A stretch of DNA of 64,000 nucleotides from Felis catus (taxonomy: Eukaryota): assembly GCF_018350175.1 (NCBI RefSeq), contig NC_058383.1:62001-126000 (forward strand), read 5' to 3'. Position numbers and translations under genes: made by a program. Below, one piece after another: positions 26,823-41,200 of this stretch. The notes under the pieces were generated by a model, which ran no database searches, was not told where the DNA came from, and saw only the letters and a list, made by a program, of their open reading frames with translations. Each line of letters opens with the position of its first letter. Position 1 is the stretch's first letter.

Positions 26823-28139
26823 AGACAAGGCCAGATAAAAGTTTCCAGAAAGCATTGCAACTGAAACTGGCAACAGAATTTACCTTGTCTTTTTCTGCAT
26901 CCTTGGTAGAGACACAACTGATATTTCCCATTGGAGCTGCATCACGTCTTAGGTCTCATAAAGGATGGAGGTGGATGGAGGTTGATTCTGACTTGCATAG
27001 ACTGTGTGGAAGAAAAACAAACCATCCTGAACATGTTTCATTATATTCAACTCATTCACACTCTTGGGTCCCTTACCAGGGACAGAGTGTTTTTCATGTG
27101 CCTCGGGTGACCCTTGAGGACAAGAGGGAGATCTGATCCTGTCTCTTGAGGAAGGTTTACAGGGCCCTGGTGCAGGTGTTTTTATAGCTAATCAAGCAGC
27201 TGTGAACAGCTCAGGTCTCAGCTCGCTAGAAAGTATGTTAGGGGTGTGTTTCATCCCTCAGAGAGCCCAGCATATGATCTCTGTACAAGCTACATCCTAG
27301 GGAGTGCTATGTCTGTCAGCATGTATAAGGCCTCTTTCCTTCTCTATCAGAAACACGTGTTGCCCAGCTCACTATATGGAAATAACTGCCTATTTCATGC
27401 ATGTCCTGAGAAACTTGAAGAACATTACAACGTCCTCACTCAGGCTGACCTGAAAGCCCTGTGGTGCCATCAATGCATCTTCTCCAACACATAACAAGTA
27501 AAAGACAAAATGTGTTTTATAAGTCAACTCATACTGGTCATATCATCTTTCCAGATGGTGGAGGTGGAAGGTGAGGTCCCATAGGACCCCAGTTTGGAGA
27601 AGATGGGGGTGGTCCAAAGCCCATGGGTTGTGATTAAAGTCAGCCCACGGGGTATGACATGGAGGGCACTTCTGGGAAAGGAGGAAATATCCTGGAAACC
27701 ACGTGGATGGACCTGAAGGACAGAAATTAAACTTTTGAGATTTGGTAGGGTAAAAGGTGAAAAATCCAACCCCAGCACCAACACTAACATACCTGAACCC
27801 CAGTGAAGCCAGAATGGTACCTGTCTCCTTCCCCTCCACCTGGTTTCAACAGGGCAGCATCAGTGACACTAAAATCCATGATTCCCATTGGGTCCCACCT
27901 AGAACTTCTAGGAGTTGGAGGAGACAAAGCAGTGCCTTGCTGGCAGCATGGTACTAGCTGTGTCTGCAAATGTGGGGAAGGAAGTGGGTAGTCTTAAAGG
28001 ATCAGAGGGATAATTCCAGACAACTAAAGAAAGTCTGTTCCACACACACAGTCTTCTATGTCCAGGACTACTCTCCACCCAGCCCTTCACCACCTCAACA
28101 GCTCCGTCTTGGCATAGTAAGAGCTGAAACGATGAGGAA

Positions 28140-30720
28140 GAATTTTGTTTCCGTACTATTCATTTACATCTTTAATCCATTTCAAGTTAATTCTTGGAGT
28201 GGTATAACATAAGGTGCTAAGCTTTATTCTTATGCATGTGTATATCCAATTTTCCCAGCCCCAGGTATTCAAGAGACTTCCTTTCTCCACTGTGTATTCT
28301 TGACTCCCTTGTCAAATACTGGTTGACTGTGCATGCAAGGGTTTAGTTTGGGCTCTCAATTTCTGTTCCATTGTCTTGTGTGTGTGCTTATGCCAGTGAC
28401 ATAACTGATTTCTTTGTGTTAGAATGCAGCTTGAAATCGAGAAGTGTGATGCCTCCTGTTTTGTTCTTTCTTGGCATTGGCTACTTGGGTTTTTTTTTTG
28501 TGTGTGTGGTTCCAAATACGTTTTAGGATATGTGTTTCTAATTGCATAAAAATTGCATCGGAGTCTTGATAAAGATTGCACTGAATCTCTAGATGGCTTT
28601 GGGTAATATGGACATTGTATCTATATTAATTCCTCCAAAAGATGGACGTGGGATGGCTTTTCACTGACTTGTGTGTTCTCCTGTTTCTTTCATACAAATT
28701 GAATTTCTTCCATTTCAGTATGCAGGTGTTATAGTTTTCTGTAGAGAGATCTTTCACTTCCTTGGCTAAATTTATTCCTATACAGTTTATTGTTTTTGAT
28801 GCTATTGTAAATGGATTGTTTTCTTTTCTTCTTAGATAATTTGGTTACTGTATAGGAAAGCTACAGAATTTGATATGGTGACTTTCTAGTTTGGAACTTT
28901 AATGCATTTCTTGATTAGATATTAACAAGTTCTTTTACACTGAATTATTTCATTCTTTTACCTTATTAAAAAATCTTGTTATTTGGGAATAGCTGATACA
29001 GTATGTTACATTAGTTTCAGATGAACAACATAGTGATTGGACAAGTGTATACATTCTGATACGCTAACACAGGTGTAGCTACAATCTGTCACCATGCATC
29101 ACTATTCCAGTACCATTCTCAATGTTCCCTATGCTGTATCCTCTATCTGTAATTTATTATTCCATAACCAGAAGCCTGCATCAACCAATCCCCTACACAT
29201 AACTAGGGCATCCTTGTCTTGTTCCTTATCTTAGAGGACAATCTTTCACAATTTCACTATAGAGTATGATGTTAGATATGGGCTTCACATACATGGCCTT
29301 TCTTATGTTGAGATATGTTCCCTCTACAGGGAATTTTTAAAGAGTATTTTAGCACAAATGGATACCAAATTTTCTCAGAACTTTTTTTTGTGTCTATTGA
29401 CATCGTCACAGGGGTTTTCTTTTTAATTTTGAAAATATATGGGGCGCCTGGGTGGCTCAGTTGGTTGAGCGTCCTACTTTGATTCACATCATGATCTCAT
29501 GGTCTATGGGTTTGATCCCCGCATCAGACTCTGTGCTGACAGCTCAGAGCTTGGAGCCTGCTTCAGATTCTGTGTCTCACTCTCTCTTTGCCCCTCCCCT
29601 TATCATGCCTCCCCCCTCTCTCTCGCTGTCAAAAATAAATAAACATTAATAAAAATTTAAAAAATGTATTTATTTTGTTTAGTTTAAATTTATTTATGTA
29701 TTTCTTTAATATTTATTTTTTCAAGTTTTTATTTAAATTCCAGTTTGTTAACATACAGTGTATGTTAACCTTAGCCCATGACCCATTTAACCCACCCCCC
29801 TGCCCACCTCCCTTCTAGTAATCCTGCGTTTGCTATTTATAGTTAAGATTCTGGTTTCTGGTTGATTTTTCTTTCATTCAAGGATGTGAGGAGTCACATT
29901 TATTGATTTGTATTTCTGAAACATACTTCCTTTACAGGGAAAAAAACCCTACATCACCGTCAATGATCTTTTTTATGTGATGCTGGATTTGGTTTGCCTG
30001 TATATCACTGGGAATTATTCATCTATATTCATCATGGGAATACTGGCCTATAGTTTTCTGTTCAGGTAGTATCCTTTTCTGGTTTCCTGCCAGGGTAATT
30101 CCAGTCTCATGAAATGAGTTTATGGTGTTCATTCCTTTTGAATCAGTGAGAGGACTGCTGTTATTTCTTCTACAAACGTTTGGTCACATTCACCAGTGAA
30201 TCTACCTGGTCCTTTTCTTCCCTGAGAGAATTTCAATTAGTGTTTCAACTTACTTACTTTGGTTATCTTCTTGTATTGATGCAGTCTTCCTTAATGAGTC
30301 AGTGCAAACCTTCTATTTCTTCCTGATACAATCTTGGTAGGTTGTGTGTTTCTAAGAACCTATCCATTTCTTCTAGGTAGGCGATTTGCTGGCATCTAAT
30401 TTGGCCATGGTCGCCTCTTTGTCTCCTTTATGTTTCTTTGGTATCAGATGTAATGTCTTCTCTTTTATTTATAATTATTTTGAGTTGGGTCGTCTCTCCG
30501 TCTTAGCATAGTCTATGTATAATCTTGAAAATTTTGTTTCACTCTTCAGAAAACCCACTTTTGGTCTTCTTCATATTTTCTATTGATTTCATGGTCTCAG
30601 TTTCATTGGTTTCCACTCTCATATGAATTACTTCCTCCCTTTTGAGAACATTGGACACTGGTAGATTGTTGTTTTTTTCTAGTTCTTTGAAGTTAAAGGT
30701 AGGTTGTTCATTTGAGTCCC
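28140..30720 (-). mobile_element. Decayed L1 ORF2 fragment with nested L1 3'-end pieces (~28930-29190, ~29690-29870) and a SINE
   Basis: T-rich antisense ORF2 text (TTTAATCCATTTCAAGTTAATT, GGATTGTTTTC, TCCATTTCTTCTAGGT). Confidence 0.82.
29441..29664 (+). mobile_element. CanSINE (SINEC_Fc-like)
   Basis: GGGGCGCCTGGGTGGCTCAG head; AAAAATAAATAAACATT tail. Confidence 0.93.
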
Positions 30721-30799
30721 AAATCTATCCTCCACGCATGCAAAACCAGTGACTCATCAGAGAACCTTCAATAGGTCTCTCCTGCCCTATTTCTCATTC

Positions 30800-32285
30800 T
30801 CCAAACTCTGAGAAATGGAACCAGAAAATTTATTTGAAGACACAATAGATGAAAACTTCCTTAATGCGGGGAATGAAACAGATCCAGAAGCAGGAGGCAA
30901 AGAACCCCCAAAATATTCAACAGAAGCAGATCCACATCAAGTCATCTAGTAATTAAAATGCAAAATGCCGTGATAAAGAAAAAAAATTTAACAGCAGGAA
31001 AACAAAAGATGACAATTACCTACAAGAGAAACCCCATAAGGTTTCACTGGATATTTTTCAGAAGAAACTTTGAAACTGTAAGTGAGCAGCACGGTATGGT
31101 AAAGGTGCTGAATGGATAACATCTGCAGCCAAAGAGAGTCTATCCACAACACTATCATTCAGATGGAAGGAGAGATCAAGAGGTTCCCAAATAAATACTC
31201 AGCGAGTTCACAACCAACAAACCACCCCTGCAAGAAATGTTAAAGCGGACTCTTTAGGTGGAAAATAAACACCTAAAGTGATAGTATTAAAGTGCGAAAC
31301 GCAAAGGCAATAAAAATGAGTATATCTGTAGAACATCAGCCAAAGTATTCGCGATATGAAAGGTTTTGAAATATGACACTACATATCTACCACACGGGGA
31401 GGAGAGGAGTAAAGAACTGGTTCAAATTTTAACAACTATCAACTAAATATAGATTTCTATATGCACAAGTGGTGAGGTACAAATCTAATAATAACCACAA
31501 ATCAAATACCACCAATACATATGCAGACTATAAAGACAAGCAATATCAACTGTGGTACTAAAGAAACCCAGCAAACCATAAAAAAGAGAAAGAGGAGAAA
31601 GGATCAGAAAGGTTCAGAAACAACAATCATCAAGTAATAAAAGGACAAGTATATGTCTATCAATTACTTTGAAGGAAACAGAATGAATGCTCAAGTCAAA
31701 GGCACAGGGTGACAGATAGGGGCACCTGGATGGCTCAATCACTTGTATTTTAACTCTTGATTTTGGATCAGGCTATGATGCCAGGATCATCGGATTGAGC
31801 CCCAATTGGGCTCTGCACTCAGCATGGAACTTGCTTAAGATTCATCCTCACTCTCATTCTCTCTCTTTCTCTCTATCTTCCCCCATTCCCCCCACCCCGC
31901 CCTCCCATCCCTGAGCTCTCTCTCCTCATAATAAAAGGCAGTGGGTGATAGAATGAATGAAATATAGGACCTATCTATCCTCTACCTATAAGAGAGTAAT
32001 TATAGAAGTAAATTATCAAAAGAAAACCGCAGTAGCCATACCTATATCAGACAAATAGATTTAAAAATAAAACACTAACAAGAGAGAAAGAAGGACACTA
32101 TAATGATAAAAGGTATAATCCAATGAAAGATACAACAATTGTAAACATATATGTGCTCAGCCTGAGAGCATCCAATACACAAAACACTGAAAACCTAAAG
32201 AATTGGTACTCATACATTCATAGAAGGGCACTTTAAAACTGCAAAGACATCAAGGGAGATATCATTCCATCAGAAAATATACATT
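30800..32285 (+). mobile_element. Decayed L1 fragment (ORF1 C-terminal half to ORF2 endonuclease)
   Basis: GAAAATTTATTTGAAGA...GAAAACTTCC (ORF1) through AACATATATGTGC (NIYA of the endonuclease). Confidence 0.8.
31719..31936 (+). mobile_element. CanSINE
   Basis: GGGGCACCTGGATGGCTCA head; degenerate TSD AAAGGCA..GGGTGA.AGA. Confidence 0.85.
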
Positions 32286-32294
32286 TGTATATTT

Positions 32295-35200
32295 TCTAAT
32301 AACAGCATGCACACAGGTTCCAGAATTGATGAAGAAATACTCGACACAGAACGTGGAATATCACCATGTCATTTACAAAGCACGATGGCAGCGGCATGAG
32401 AGGATACCTGAAGCCAACTCTAAGGGTGGCAATTACATTTGTCTAGCCTTGGAACACATAGAATAATCCTGACCAGCACACAAACTTGTTACTCCACTCA
32501 GCCCTTTGGGGAGACACCTGCTCTGCTCTGGGATAACTACCTGGAGCATCCAGGGACCTAACCCTAAACCAAATGGTTACCGTAACCAGAACACTCACCC
32601 TACACCTAACCCTATATATCATACTGACACTACAACAGATGCACATCGGAGCATTTGCCCACATTTCAGCCTTACATGGAATTCAAAACACTGATGTCAC
32701 TTCGACCCTGGCAACTTCCCTGGACCAAACCATAAACCTCTCACAACACCACGTGACTGGGGTCCAGAGGTGGTAAAGGGTCACTCGGAATGGAACCTGG
32801 AACCTCACCATGTCGCTTCCCAGGCCCAGGTGCAGCTGCCCGAAAGGATTCCTCAGGCTTACCCTACCACGGGGCCATATATTTGTGTGACATTGGAAGC
32901 CAGAGAGTGATCTTGACCGGCACCCCCCCACTGCTCTCAACTCAGATCTTCGGGGAAACCACTGTACTGATGTGGGTTCAGCGCCTGGAACCTCCTGGGA
33001 CCTAACCCTAATCCTAACCCAACCCCTAATTGGAATCCTCCACCGAAGTCTAAGCCAACATCGAACCCTAACCCTATACTTGAGCCCCACCGTCGCATAC
33101 ACCCTCACTTCAGACCTCGAGGGAGATCATGAGTTTCGGGCCGAGTGGTCCTGGCGATGTCCCTGGACCGAACACTAACCCTAGCTAAACATGGAGACCC
33201 AATACCCCAGTCTGACAACACCACGCGCCAGGGGTCCAGAAGTGGTGCAGGCTCATTCAGCATGGAACCTGGAATCAACATGTCATTTCCCAACCTGGCT
33301 ACAGCTGCCCGAGAGGATTCCTGAGGCCTCCCAGAACAGGGGACCAGAGAGGTTGTGGTCTTGGAAGCCAAAGATGATCCTGAACACCAACCTCTCATGT
33401 GCCCTAAACACAAACCTCCGGGGAGTACACCGCACTGCTGAAGGGTCACCACCACATCCTCCTAGGAACAAACCCTAACTCTATCCCTACCCGTAACTGA
33501 AACACTACACCGAAACCTAAGCCGACCACAAAACCAAACCCTAGATTTGAGCCACACCGTCGCATGGGCCCTCACTTCAGCCCTCGAGGAAGATCATGAG
33601 ACTAGAGTAGCTTCGGCCCTGGCGAGGTCCTTGGAAAGCTCTCTCCCTATGGGGACATAATAACAAAGTCTGAAAATACCACGCACCTGGGTTCCAGAAG
33701 TGGTGCACGGTCACTCGGCATGGAATCTGGAAGGTGACCATGTCGTTTCCCAGGCCGGGCAGCAGGTGCCCGAGAGGACTCTTAAACCTCCCCTACCAGA
33801 GGCCCATAGAGTTGTGTGGCCTTGGAAGCCAGACACTGATCCTGAATGGCACCCTCAGTGTGCCCTCAACTCAGCCCTTCAGGCACACCACTGCACTGCT
33901 GGGGGTTTGGCCCTGGAGCTTCCTGGGACCTAACCCTAACCCTAAGCCTAACCCTACCCCTAACCGCAACCCTCCACTGAAACTTAAGCTGACCTCGAAA
34001 CCTAACCTTACACTTGAGCTGCCACGTCGCATGGGCCCTCACTTCAGCCATTGAGGGAGATCACGAGACTGGAGTAGTTTCGTCCCTGGCAATATATCTG
34101 GACAGAACCATAACCCTAGCTAAGACTCTCTCCCCATGGGTCCCAATCCCAAAGTCTGAAAACACCACGTGCCTGGGGTCCATAAGTGGTGCAGGCTCAC
34201 TTGGCATGGAACCTGGAAGATCACCATGTCGATTCCTAAGCTGGGAGCAGCTGTCCGAGAGATTCCTGAGGTCTCCCCGACCAGGGGCCCAAAGAGTTGT
34301 GTGGCCTTGGAAGCCAGAGACTGATGCTGACTGGCACACTCCCTTCTGCCATCAATTCAGCCCTCTGGGGAGAAAACTGCCCTGCTATGCGTTCAGTGCC
34401 TGGAGCCTCCTGGGACATAACCCTAACCCTACCCCAAACTGGACCCCTGCAACAAAACCTAAGCCGGCCTCGAAACCTAACTCTACACTTGAGCCATGCC
34501 ATGGCATGGGCCCTCACTTCAGCCCTCGAGGGAGATCACGAGAATGGAGTTGCTTCTGCCCTGGCAATGTCCCTGGACCAAACCCTAACCCTAGCTAAGG
34601 CTCTCCCCTCATGGGGACCCAATTCCAACGTCTGACAGCATCACGCGCCTGGGGTCCAGAAGCGGTGCAGGCTGACTCGGCAAGGAACTTGGAAGCTCAC
34701 CATGTCGTTTCCCAGGCCCGGCTGCAGCTCCCGAGAGGATTCCGGAGGCCTCCTCGACCATGGGAGGAACAACATGTGTGGCCGTGGCAGCCAAAGAGGG
34801 ATCCTGACCGGCACCATCCCTTGTGCCCTCAACTCAGCCCTTCGGGGAGACCACTGCCCTGCTGTGGGTTCGGCGCCTGGAACCGCCTGGGACCTAACCC
34901 TAACCCTAACCCTACCCTGAACCGGGACCCTCCCCCGAAACCTAAGCCTGCCTCGATCCCTAATCCTGCATTTGAGCCGCCTTCTGGCATGGGCCCTCAC
35001 TTCAGCCCTCGAGGGAGATCACGAGACCGGAGTTGCTTCGGCCCTGGCAACGTCCCTGGACCGAACCATAACACTAGCTAAGGCTCTCTACCCATGGGGA
35101 CCCAATAGCAAAGTCTAACAACATCACGCGCCTGGGGATCAGAAGTGGTGCAGGCTCACTCGGCATAGAACCTGGAAGCTCTTCATGTCATTTCCCAGGC

Positions 35201-38200
35201 CTGGCTGCCGCTGTACGAGAGGATACCTGAGGCCTCCCCAATCAGGGTAACATCTATTTGTGCGGCCTTGGCAGCCAAAGAGGGATCCTGACCGGCACCC
35301 TCCCTTGTGCCCTCAACTCAACCCTTCGGGGAGACCACTGCCCTGTCGTTGGTTCAGTGCTTGGAGCCTCCTGGGTCCTAACCTTAATCCTAAACGAAAA
35401 TGAATCGGACCACTCCACTGAAACCTAAGCTGGCCTCGAACTCTAACCCTACACTTGAGCCGAACCATCGCATGGGCCCTCAGTTCAGCCATCGAGGGAG
35501 ATCACGATACCGGAGTCGCTCCGGCCCTAGCGACGTCCTGGACAGAACCCTAACCCTAGCTAAGGCTCCCTCCCCATGGGGACCCAATAGCAAAGTCTGA
35601 CAACACCACGCGCCTGGGCTCCAGAAGAGGTGCAGACTCACTCGGCATGGAAGCTGGCAGCTCAACATATCCTTTCCCAGGCCCGGCTGCAGCTGCTTGA
35701 GAGTATTTCTGAGGATGCCCCGACCAGGGGCTCATCGACTTGTGTGGCCTTGGCAGCCAAAGACTGATGTTGACCGGCACCCTTCCTTGTGCCCTCAACT
35801 CACCCCTTCGGCCTTCCTTGTGCCCTCAACTCACCCCTTCGGAGAGACCACTGCCCTGCTGTGGGTTTGGCGCCTGGAGCCTCCTGGGACCTATCCTGAA
35901 CCCTAACCCTACCCCGAACCAGACCCTTCCACGGATACCTAAGCCGGCCTCAATTCCTAACCCTACACTAGAGCCGCGTGGTCGCATGGGCGCTCACTTC
36001 ATCCCTTGAGGGAGATCATGAGACCGGAGTTGCTTCAGCCCTGGAGATGTCCCTGGACCGAACCCTAATCCTAGGTAAGGCTCTCTCCCCATGGAGACCC
36101 AATAACAAAGTCTGACAATACCACGTGCCTGGGGTCCAGAAGCGGTGCAGGCTCACTCGGCATGGAACCTGGAAGCTCACCCTGTCTTATCCCAGGCCCT
36201 GGTCAGATGCACGAGAAGATTGCTGAGGCCTCCCCGACCAGGGGCATAACGACGTGTAGGGCCTCGGCAGGCAAAGACTGATGCTGACCGGCACCCTCCA
36301 TTGTGCCGACAACTCAGCCCTTTGGGGAGACCACTGCCCTGCTGGGGGTTCGGTGCCTGGAGCCTCCTGGGACCTAATCCAAACGCTAACCGTACTATGA
36401 ACTGGACCCTTCTACCGAAACCTAAGACAGCCTGGAAACCTAACCCTACAGTTGAGCCGCAACATTGCATGGCCCATCACTTCAGACCTCGATGGAGATC
36501 ATGAGACCAGAGTCTCTTCAGCTCTGATGTCGTCCCTGGACCGAACCCTAACCTTAGCTAAGGCTGTCTCCCCATGTCGTTTACCAGGCCCGACTGCAGA
36601 TACCCGAGAGGAATCCTGAGGCCTCGCTGACCAGGGGCCCATCGACATGTGTGGCCTTGGCAGCCAAAGACTGATCCTGACTGGCACCCTCATGTGTGCC
36701 CTCAAATCAGCCCTTTGGGGAGACCACTGCCCTGCTGTGGGTTCGGCGCCTGGAACTCCTGGGAACTTCCCCTAAGCCTAACCCTACACTGAATAGGAAC
36801 CCTCCACCGAAACCTAAGCCGGCCTCGAACGGTAACCCTACATTTCAGCCTCCACGTCTCATGGGCCCTAACTTCAGCCCTCGAGGGAGATAACAAATCT
36901 GGAGTCGTTTCAGCTCTGGCAACGTCCCTGGACCAAACCCTAACCCTAGCTAAGGATCTCTTCCCATGGGGATGCAACACCAAAGTCTGACAACACCACA
37001 CGCCTGGGGTCCTGAAGCAGTGCAGGCTCACACAGCATGGAACATGGAAGCTCATCATGTCATTTCCCAGGCCCGACTGCAGCTGTCTGAGAGGATTCCT
37101 GAGACTTCCCTGACCAGGGGCCCATCGATGTGTGTGGCCTTGGCAGCCAAAGACTGATCCTGACTGGCACTTTACCTTGTGCTCTCAACTCTGCCATTCC
37201 GGAAGAACACTGCACTGCTCTGGTTTCGTCGCCTGGAGCCTCCTGGGATCTAACCCTAACCCTAACCCTACCCTGAACCAGAACTCTCCACCAAAATCTA
37301 AGCCGGCCTCAAAACTAACCCTACACTGGAGCCACCCCGTCGCATGGGCCCTCACTTCAGCCCTCAAGGGAGATCAAGAGCCTGGAGTCGCTTCGGGCTT
37401 GGCGACAACCCTGGACCGAACCCTTACCCTACCTAATGCTCTCTCACCATGGGGACCCAATACCATATTCTGACAACACCACGCGCCAGGGTGGTGCAGC
37501 CTCACTCGACATGAAACCTGGAAGCTCACCATGTCTTTTCCCAGTCCCGACTCTACCTACGTGAGAGGATTCCCAAGGCCTCCCCGACCAGAGGCCCATC
37601 GACCTGTGTGGCCTTGGCAGCCAAAGACTGATCCTGACCGGCACCCACCCTTGTGCCCACGACTCAGCCCTACAGGGAGACCATTGCCCTGCTGCGACTT
37701 CAGAGCCTGGAGCCTCCTGGGACTTAACACTAACCCTAACCCTTCCCCGAAATGGAGCCGCAACCGAAACCTAAGCCAGCCTCCGACCCTAACCCTACAC
37801 TTGACCGCCCCGTCCCATGGGCCCTCACTTCAGATCTCGAGGGAGAACCCGAGACTGGAATCGCTTAGGCCTTGGTGACATCCCTTGACCGAATCCTAAC
37901 CCTAGCTAAGGCTCTCTCCCCATGGGGACCCAATACCAAAGTCTGACAACACCATATGCCTGGGGTTTAGAAGCGGTACAGGCTCATTCGGCATGGAATA
38001 TGGAAACTCACTATGTCGTTTCCCTGGCCCACTTGCAGCTGCCTGAGAGGATTCAGGAGAACTCCCCGACCAGGGGCCCATCGAGTTGTGTGGCCTTGAT
38101 AGACAAAGACTGTTCCTGACCGGGACCCTCCCTTGTGCCCTCAACTCAGCCCCTTGGGGAGACCTCTGCCCTGCTGTGGGTTCAGCGCCTTGACTCTCCG

Positions 38201-41200
38201 GGGACCTAAACCTACCTCTAACCCCACCCCGAAACAGAACCCTCCACCGAAACTTAAGCCGGCCTGGAACCCTAACCCTACACTTGAGTTTCCTGGGCCC
38301 TCACTTCAGCTCTCGAGGGAGATCACGAGACAGGAGTCGCTTCGGCCCTGGCGACGTCCCTGTACCAAACTCTAAACCTTCCTAAGTGTTTCTGCCCATA
38401 GGAACCCAAAACCAAAGTGACAACACCTCGCGCCTGGGGTCCAGAAGTGGTGCAAGGTCACTCGGCATGGAACCTGAAGCTCACCATGTTATTTCCCAGG
38501 CCCGGTTGCAGCTGTCCGAGATGATTCCTTAGGCCTCCCTGACAATGGGCCAAGAGATTTATGTGGCCATGGAAGCCAGAGACTGAGGCTGACTGGCACC
38601 CTCCCTTGTGCCCTGAACTCAGACCTTCGGGGAGACCACTGCACTGCGGCCGGTTCAGCACCTGTAGCCTCCTGGGACCTAACTCTACTCCTAAATGGAA
38701 CCCTCTACCGAAACCTAAGCCGGCCTCGAACCCTAACCCTACATGTGACCGCACCATCGCATGGGCCCTAACTTAAGCCCTCCAGGGAAATCACAAGACT
38801 GGAGTCACTTTGGCCTTGGCAACGTCCCTTGACAGATCCCTAACCCTAGCTAAGTCTGTATCCCCCATTGGGACCCAATACCAAAGTCTGAAACACCATG
38901 AGACTGTGATCCAGAAGCAGTGCCGGGTCATTAGGCATGGAACCTGGTAGCTCACCATGTCGCTTCCCTGGCCCGGTGGCTGTTGCCCCAGAAGATTCTT
39001 GAGGCCTCCCCGACCAGGGGCCAAGAAAGTTGTGTGGCCTTTGAAGCCAGAGACTGATGCTGACTGGCACCCACCCTTGTGTACTCAACTCAGCCCATCA
39101 TGGAGACCACTGCACCCCTGTGGGTAAGGCGCCTGGAATTTCCTAGGACCTAACCCTAACCCTAACCATACCCTTAACCGTAACCCTCCACCGAAACCTA
39201 AGCCATCCTCGAACCCTAACCCTACACTTGAGCCGCACCGTCTCATGGGCCCTCACTTCAGCCCTCGAGGGAGATCACAAGACTGGAGTGGCTTCAGCCC
39301 TGGCGACGTCCCTGGACATAACACTAACCCTAGCTAAGGCTCTCTCCCCAAGAGGACCCTATACCAGAGTCTGACAACACCACGCACCTGGTGTCCAGTA
39401 GCGATGCAAGGTCACTCGGCATGGAACCTCGATGCTCACCATGTCGTTTCAGAGGCCAAGATGCAGCTGCCCGAGAGGATTCCTGAGACATCCTTGACCA
39501 GGGGCTCAGAGAGTTGTGTGGCCATGGAAGCCAGACTGATGCAGACCGGCACCCTCCCTTGTGCCCTTAACTCAGCCCATCATGGAGCCCACTGCACCCC
39601 TGCAGGTTAGGCGCCTGGAGCCTCCTGGGACCTAACCCTAAAACTAACCTTACCGCTAACCACAACCCTCCACCGAAACCTAAGCCAGCCTCGAATAAAC
39701 CCTACACTTGAGCAGCCTTGCTGCATGGGTCCTCACTTCAGCCCTCGAGGAAATCACAAGAAGAGTCACTTCAGCCCTGGCGATGCCCCTGGACCGAACC
39801 CTAACCCTAGATAAGTCTCTCTCCCAATGGGGACCCAATACCAATATCTGACAACACCACATGCCTGGGGACCAGAAATGGTGCAGGGTCATTCAGCATG
39901 GAACCTAGAAGCTCACCATGTTGTTTCTCATGCCCGCCTACAGATGCCCAAGAGGATTCCTAAGGCCTCCATGACCAGGGGCCCATAGAGTTTGGTGGCC
40001 TTGGATGCCAGAGACTGATGCTGACCAGCACCCTCCAGTGGGCCCTCAACTCATCCCTTCGGGGAGACCACTAAACCGCTGTGGGTTGGGCGCCTGGAGC
40101 CTGCTGGGACCTAACCCTAACCCTAACCCTCCACCGACACCTAAGCCAGCCTCAAACTCTAAGTCTACACTTGAGATGCACCATCACATGGACCCTCAGT
40201 TCAGTCCTTGAGGGAGATCACAAGACGAGTCGCTTTATCCCTGGTGATGTCCCTGGTTGGAACCCTATCACTCGCTAAGATATCTCCCCATGTGGACCAA
40301 CCGAAATCTGACAACACCACGTGCCTGGAGTCCAGAAGCGGTGCAGGGTCACTTGGCATGGAACCTGAAAGCTCACCATGTTGTTTCCCAGGACAGGCTG
40401 CAGTTGCCCGAGAGAATTCCTGAGGCCTCCCCGACCAGGGGTGCATAGAGTTGTGTGACCTTGGAAGGCAGAGACTCATGCTGAACTGCACGCACCCTTG
40501 TGTGCTAAACTCAGCCCTTCGGGGAAACCACTGCACTGCTGTGATTTCGGCACCTGGAGCCTCCTGGGACCTAACCCTAACCCTAACCCTACCCCTAACC
40601 GGATCCCTCCACCGAAACCTATGCCGGCCTCGAACCCTAACGGTACTCTTGAGCCACACCGTCGTATGGGCCCTCACTTCAGGCCTCAAAGTAGACAATG
40701 AGACTGGAGTCACTTCATCCCTAGCGACGTCACTGGACCGAACCCTAACTCTAGCTAAGGCTCTCTCCCGATGGGGACCCAATGCCAAGTCTGACAACAC
40801 CATGCGCCTGGGGTCGAGAAGCAGTGCAGGGTCACTAGGCATGGAACTGAAAACTCACCATGTCGTTTCCCATGCTCGGCTGCAGATGCCCGAGAGGATT
40901 CCTGAGGCCTCCCCTACCAGGGGCCCATAGATTTTTGTGGCCTTGGAAGCCAGATATTGATACTGACAGGCACCCTCCCTTGTGCCCTCAACTGAGCCCT
41001 TCAGGCAGACCATGGCACTGCTGTGGCTTCAGAGCCTGGAGCCTCCTGGGACCTAAATCTAAACCTAATCCTAACCAAAAACCTCCACTGAAACCTAAGC
41101 CGGGCTCGAAACCTAAACCTACACTTGAGCTGCACCGTCACATGGGCCCTCACTTCAGCCCTCGATGGAGGTAACGAGACTGGAGTCTATTCGGCCCTGG

